A stretch of 64,000 bases of DNA from Candidatus Omnitrophota bacterium (GTDB lineage Bacteria; Omnitrophota; Gorgyraeia; Zapsychrales; Fredricksoniimonadaceae), in the NCBI GenBank assembly GCA_028865345.1, contig JAGWKL010000004.1, forward strand, positions 8,457-72,456, written 5' to 3'. This document shows positions 59,538-64,000 of this stretch, piece after piece. Under the pieces are notes generated by a model, which saw only the letters and a list, made by a program, of their open reading frames with translations, was not told the DNA's origin and did not search any database. How positions within the stretch are numbered: position 1 is the first letter of the stretch; every line of letters begins with the position of its first letter. A program made the position numbers and the translations under genes.

Positions 59538-59987
59538 TTATGTCATGTCGGTTTCGTATTCCTCCTCACGTTTGCCCAAAGCAAATTCGATCTTGGTGAT
59601 CAGATTAAGCGGCCTGAACGGCTTGAGGATCGAAGTTTTTATACCGCATAATTTCATCATCAGAAAATGCTGCTTCTCGGTGAAAAAACCTGTCATGGCG
59701 ATCACGGGCACATCTTTGAGCACGATCGAGTTCCTGGCCTCGTCCGCGATTTGAAAACCGCTTTTGGGGCTCATTTTCAAATCCAGCAGGATAAGGTCCG
59801 GTTTGTTTTTAAGCGCGGTCTCAAGGACTTGGGTGCCGTCGCTGATGGCAGCCACGTCATAACCCCCCAATTTTAACAGGTTCTCAAGCTCTTCCAGGAG
59901 CTCAACATTATCATCTACGATCATGATCAACGGCTTACTTCTCGGCGTTTGTTGTTCCTGTTGAGGTTCGAGGATAGTAGACACCAT
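59538..59987 (-). CDS. Single-domain response regulator
   Basis: IMIVDDN, ILLDLKM, KPF. Confidence 0.92.
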   Translation of the reverse strand: MVSTILEPQQEQQTPRSKPLIMIVDDNVELLEELENLLKLGGYDVAAISDGTQVLETALKNKPDLILLDLKMSPKSGFQIADEARNSIVLKDVPVIAMTGFFTEKQHFLMMKLCGIKTSILKPFRPLNLITKIEFALGKREEEYETDMT

Positions 59988-60111
59988 AATGCAACTCCTT
60001 CTTTGGCCCCGTGCTTAGCGCGGGAGGCATTTTTTCTAAAAATGGGGAAATCAACTTCTGCCTACAGGATATCTTAGATGAGAGGAAACGACAATGGCGC
60101 CAATCCGCCTT

Positions 60112-60516
60112 TTACTGACCTTTTTCCACCAATAATGCCAATTGCTTGACCCTGCCGACGAAATTTTCCACCATGAAAGGCTTATTGATCACGATGTCCG
60201 CCAAGTTAAGGACCCTTTCTTCTTCGTCGGTGGAAACGCCCTCCACGCTCAAAAGCGGATCGCCCAGGGGCCGGCCTGAAAGGACAAGGACTTTAGGGCG
60301 ATAGGACATCCCCACAATTCCCTTCAGCACGCCGTAACCGTTGATGCCCGGCAGGCGCAAATCCAAAATAAGAATTTGATACACGCCTGCCTTCAGGCTA
60401 CCCAAGCCCCGCAGTCCGTCGAGCGCCACATCGACTTCAAAGCCTTCAGCCTCCAGGAGTTCTTTGAGTTCCGCGCACAATTCTTCATCATCATCGATCA
60501 GGAGAAGTTTCAGCAT
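60112..60516 (-). CDS. Single-domain response regulator
   Basis: LLLIDDD, ILDLRLPG.NG, KPF; start ATG 60516. Confidence 0.9.
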   Translation of the reverse strand: MLKLLLIDDDEELCAELKELLEAEGFEVDVALDGLRGLGSLKAGVYQILILDLRLPGINGYGVLKGIVGMSYRPKVLVLSGRPLGDPLLSVEGVSTDEEERVLNLADIVINKPFMVENFVGRVKQLALLVEKGQ

Positions 60517-62932
60517 AGTTATTCCTATGGGCAGGCAGAAAAATGTCGACCGTTGTCCCCTGGCCAAGCCTGCTGTTGATCTCAATCCTGCCTTGGTGCA
60601 TGTTGACCAGTTCATTGCAAATGGTCAGTCCAAGACCCGTGCCTTTGGATTTGCGGGTAAAGAACGGTTCAAAAATTTTGTCCATATCCTCCTGGGCAAT
60701 ACCTGCCCCCGTGTCCTTCACGCTGATCTTGAAGGCGTCCCCTTCACGCCGGGCATCAATGGCCACCTTGCCTGCCGGGCCTATAAAAGACTGGCAGGCA
60801 TTGTTTAGAATATTCACGAAGATCTCGCGTATCTGAGTGCCGTCAGCTTCAATGACGTCGGGGTCGTTGGTGTATTCTTTTTCAAGGACGATCCCTTTTT
60901 CCGCGAAACGGCTCTGTACCGAAGTCACACACTCATCCAGAATCTGAAAGAGATGTACTTGTTCATAATTAGGGATCTTGATGCGCGCGTAACTCAGGAG
61001 ATTGTCGATGATCTGGTTGCCTTCCCAGACTTTTTTTTCAATATTCGCCAAATGCTTATTAGCGCCCAAATCGCTCTTTTCCTTCCTTAGATTATACGCC
61101 GCCAGATGAATGACGCCCAGGGGGTTACGCAACTCATGGGCCACGGTCGCGGCCAAGGTGCCTATGTCCGCCAAGCGGCTGAACTGTTTGAGTTCTTTCT
61201 GTGTCTTAATCAATTCCTTGGAGCGTTCATCCACCATGCGCTCAAGGCTTTCATTGTCCCGCTTTAAAATTGTTTCGGCTTTTTTACGATTGGTGATGTC
61301 CACGACCGAAGCCAGGACCTGCATGCCATGCTCTGTTTCAATGGGCGTCAGGGCGATCTCCACAGGCACATGCCTGCCGTCCTTGGCCAACGCATAAAGA
61401 TCTCTTCCCAGCCCCATGGGCCGGGCCTCCGGGGCCTTGTAGAAACCTTCCCGGAAACCGAGATGATGACTCCGGTACTGCTCAGGAATCAGGGACTCCA
61501 ATTTCATATGCAATAATTCCTCGTGTGTGTAACCTAACAATTTTTCTGTTGCCTGGTTGACCAGCACGATGTCCCCGTCTCTATTGGCCATGATATTGGC
61601 CACGGGAGAAAACTCTACTACCTTCTCGAAGCGTTCCTGATAATATTTCTGCTCGCTGATGTTGCGGTAATTGATGACCACCGCCCCCACCGCCGGTTCA
61701 TGCAAAAGATTGTGTCCTGTACCTTCCAGCCAAACATAGCTGCCATCCTTGCGCCTGGCACGGGCAATGGCATAAGCACGGTTTCCCGGAATCTTGACCA
61801 TCTTCTGGAATTTTTCAATTACAACGGGCAGGTCTTCCGGATGCATAAGGCTTAAGAAACTCTTTCCTAAAAGCTCCCTGGGCTCAAAACCTAAATTGCG
61901 TCTGATCGCAGGGCTGCTGTAAAGAATTTTCGCTTCCACGTCCGTCATGGTGATCCCGTCGAAACTGTTCTCCACAACACTTCGAAAGCGCGCTTCATTA
62001 TGCTTGATATCTTCTTCCGCCTTCTGGCGTTCATAGGAGGCCGCAGCCAGGGAGAGCACCGTCACGGCGACCACACCGATAAAACATTGAATGATCAACA
62101 AATCTACCGCCAGACGTTCACCGACAAAAGGGCCTAAATGATAGATTGACCCAATATCGGCGATGACGGAGGTTGTCAGGATCGAAACGATTGCTCCCGG
62201 AAAACCAAAACGGTAGGTGGCCCATATGGCAAAAGGCAACACCAAGTACGTCACGTGAGAATAGAACCCGTATTCCGGAAACGTCCCCATGAACACTCCG
62301 TAATTGATCCCGGCCAAAACCAGGAACACCACGAAAGCTTCCAGACCGTTTTTGCGAAAATTAATGCGCCATTCTTTTTTATGAAAGGTCAAAAATGGAG
62401 AAGCGATCATCAAGATGCCCACCGTATCCCCTAGCCACCACGTAAACCAAGCCGTATCAAAAGAAACGCCCTGAAACGGAGGATGAAAAAAATAAACGGC
62501 GGACGTTCCTATGGTAGCGCTGGCGGTGCAGGCCACCATGACGGCAAAAATATATTTAAAAATTTCGTCGATTTTGGACAGCAGAACGGTCTGGTCGGTA
62601 AAACTGCGCAGGAGAAAAAGACCTGCCAATGCCTCCGCGCTATTGCCGATGGCGGTCAGGGCCGACACCGAAACAGCCAAAACCGGAGCCCATCCATGAT
62701 GGAGGCAAACCAGCAGATTGGCCCCAAAAGCCCCCAGTAATATGCCGGGCCAGACCCGGTAACCAAAGAAGCAAACGGCGGTAAACGCGATACCCGATGG
62801 GGGCCATATGGGCGAGGCATTGGTCCCCTTAAAAGAGAATTGCAGGGCGCCATACGCCACGAGACCATAAACAACTCCAAGGACAATGGTCCAATAAGGG
62901 GAGTATAATTGTCGTTTGCCGGGTAGGCTCAT
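60491..62932 (-). CDS. Sensor histidine kinase (MASE1-PAS-PAS-HisKA-HATPase)
   Basis: WPPSG and WWLGD MASE1 motifs, two PAS, AHELRNPL, GTGLGL. Confidence 0.94.
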   Translation of the reverse strand: MSLPGKRQLYSPYWTIVLGVVYGLVAYGALQFSFKGTNASPIWPPSGIAFTAVCFFGYRVWPGILLGAFGANLLVCLHHGWAPVLAVSVSALTAIGNSAEALAGLFLLRSFTDQTVLLSKIDEIFKYIFAVMVACTASATIGTSAVYFFHPPFQGVSFDTAWFTWWLGDTVGILMIASPFLTFHKKEWRINFRKNGLEAFVVFLVLAGINYGVFMGTFPEYGFYSHVTYLVLPFAIWATYRFGFPGAIVSILTTSVIADIGSIYHLGPFVGERLAVDLLIIQCFIGVVAVTVLSLAAASYERQKAEEDIKHNEARFRSVVENSFDGITMTDVEAKILYSSPAIRRNLGFEPRELLGKSFLSLMHPEDLPVVIEKFQKMVKIPGNRAYAIARARRKDGSYVWLEGTGHNLLHEPAVGAVVINYRNISEQKYYQERFEKVVEFSPVANIMANRDGDIVLVNQATEKLLGYTHEELLHMKLESLIPEQYRSHHLGFREGFYKAPEARPMGLGRDLYALAKDGRHVPVEIALTPIETEHGMQVLASVVDITNRKKAETILKRDNESLERMVDERSKELIKTQKELKQFSRLADIGTLAATVAHELRNPLGVIHLAAYNLRKEKSDLGANKHLANIEKKVWEGNQIIDNLLSYARIKIPNYEQVHLFQILDECVTSVQSRFAEKGIVLEKEYTNDPDVIEADGTQIREIFVNILNNACQSFIGPAGKVAIDARREGDAFKISVKDTGAGIAQEDMDKIFEPFFTRKSKGTGLGLTICNELVNMHQGRIEINSRLGQGTTVDIFLPAHRNNYAETSPDR

Positions 62933-63051
62933 TTTTTTAGTATACTATCAAGGAAGATGTTTATGCAATGACTTGCTTTTCATAAACAAATATTTTATAT
63001 TCTTCCTCGTCTCCGGTTGAACTCGCCGCGGCGGATTCAGCTCAGGCCTTT

Positions 63052-63438
63052 CTATAGATAATGTTGTATCCTCTTGAGTACCACGCTGTCCGCCTGTTTG
63101 TCCGGGGCCATGCCGACGCGCACCTGGACCGAGCTTTCCTTTTCACTCACCCGGCGGATGTCAATCCATATTTCACGTCCATCTGTATAGGTGCTTTTGA
63201 GCTGGGTGACATTGGTTTCATTGACCTCTTTGACGAGGGGAAGGTTCAACGAACGCAGCGCAGCCTTGACGCCGTTGATGGTGTCATGATATGAAGCATG
63301 GAAATCCTGGGACAGTTTCCCGGAAAGCCAGATCGCGGTGCCCGCCCCGCCCACCACTCCTGCAAACAGGGCAAAACAACCGCATAGATTCATCGTCAGC
63401 ATCCCTACCAGCAGGACATACACAATTCTTTTGTTCAC
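63052..63438 (-). CDS. DUF3568-like lipoprotein
   Basis: GTG start with GGAGG RBS, lipobox LCGC, Gly-rich segment, V.VRVG motif. Confidence 0.75.
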   Translation of the reverse strand: MNKRIVYVLLVGMLTMNLCGCFALFAGVVGGAGTAIWLSGKLSQDFHASYHDTINGVKAALRSLNLPLVKEVNETNVTQLKSTYTDGREIWIDIRRVSEKESSVQVRVGMAPDKQADSVVLKRIQHYL

Positions 63439-63503
63439 GATCACCTCCTCTGTTCTAAGGTTGTCTATAAAACCACAAAAATTAAAAAAAGATGAAGTCA
63501 AAA

Positions 63504-64000
63504 TTAATTCTGGACCTGCGGGCTATCTTGCCACGCAAGATCGACGGAAGGCAGGACCACTGTGAAGGCGCTCCCCCGACCCGGCCGGCTTTCCACCCGG
63601 ATATCCCCGTCATGGAGACGGGCTATCTTATAGGCAATGCTCAAGCCTAAGCCTCCCTCCGGCATGTCCTTGCCTTCACCGGTAAAGGCCTCAAAAATTC
63701 TTTCTAACTTGTCGGACGCGATCCCGGGGCCCGTGTCGCTGATAAGCCCGATGATCCTGCCGTTGTCTTTTCCGATGTGCGTATCCACACAACCGCCTTC
63801 GGGCGTGAACTTGATGGCATTATCGATAAGGTTAAAAAACAGCCGGCGTAGATGCAGCCTATCGGCCTTGATCATCAGCGGCGGCCTGATATTGTAAAAA
63901 TCCGTCCTGATCCCCACCCCTCTGTTGGCCGCCAGCAGGCGGTTCTGCTCGATGATCTCATTGAAGAATTCGATGAAATCGAAATGCTCGAATTTAAACA
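63504..64000 (-). CDS. Sensor histidine kinase, C-terminal part (starts beyond right edge)
   Basis: NLIDNAIKFT, DTGPGI, GLGLSI, GSAFTV. Confidence 0.9.
   Translation of the reverse strand, partial: FKFEHFDFIEFFNEIIEQNRLLAANRGVGIRTDFYNIRPPLMIKADRLHLRRLFFNLIDNAIKFTPEGGCVDTHIGKDNGRIIGLISDTGPGIASDKLERIFEAFTGEGKDMPEGGLGLSIAYKIARLHDGDIRVESRPGRGSAFTVVLPSVDLAWQDSPQVQN

Noticed and set aside
1-64000. CRISPR arrays, tRNA/rRNA genes, transposases, integrases, defence systems
   Set aside because: No regularly spaced repeats, cloverleafs or matching proteins seen by eye; a tRNAscan/CRISPR/Rfam run would be needed to exclude them formally

Overview
Bacterial chromosomal DNA, densely coding and almost all on the minus strand. 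The gene mix suggests Candidatus Omnitrophota or a related PVC-group lineage (inference, not tested). Left to right: (1) a type IV pilus-like operon at 1-8322, running off the left edge, with three prepilins, PilC, PilB, three accessory genes and a secretin carrying an extra VirB9/TraK-like N-terminal domain; (2) a putative metal-uptake operon at 8461-11090 (degenerate Com-like zinc-ribbon protein, FtrB/EfeO-like cupredoxin, probable outer-membrane protein, non-canonical NRAMP) behind a promoter, a palindromic operator and a uORF/terminator leader; (3) a Fur-family regulator with mntH and usp; (4) envelope, metabolic and housekeeping genes (GH5, dCMP deaminase, GT-C glycosyltransferases, PAS hybrid kinase and Hpt, rlmB, wbp-like sugar genes, greA, ybaB, yggT, mlaEFD, lipA, def, panD, trxA); (5) a peptidoglycan-peptide recycling cluster with a MITE-like element and a long hairpin between two of its genes; (6) osmC, two MFS transporters, an FMN reductase and a GMC oxidoreductase/DUF748/GH63/glucose dehydrogenase/dipZ operon; (7) a nitroreductase preceded by a highly structured ~180 nt non-coding region, cspA, and a cluster of four response regulators and two histidine kinases. 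No rRNA, tRNA, CRISPR array or transposase was seen. The best candidates for undescribed systems are the attenuated Com-like/cupredoxin/NRAMP operon and the hybrid pilus locus. All family calls come from motif recognition by eye, not database searches.
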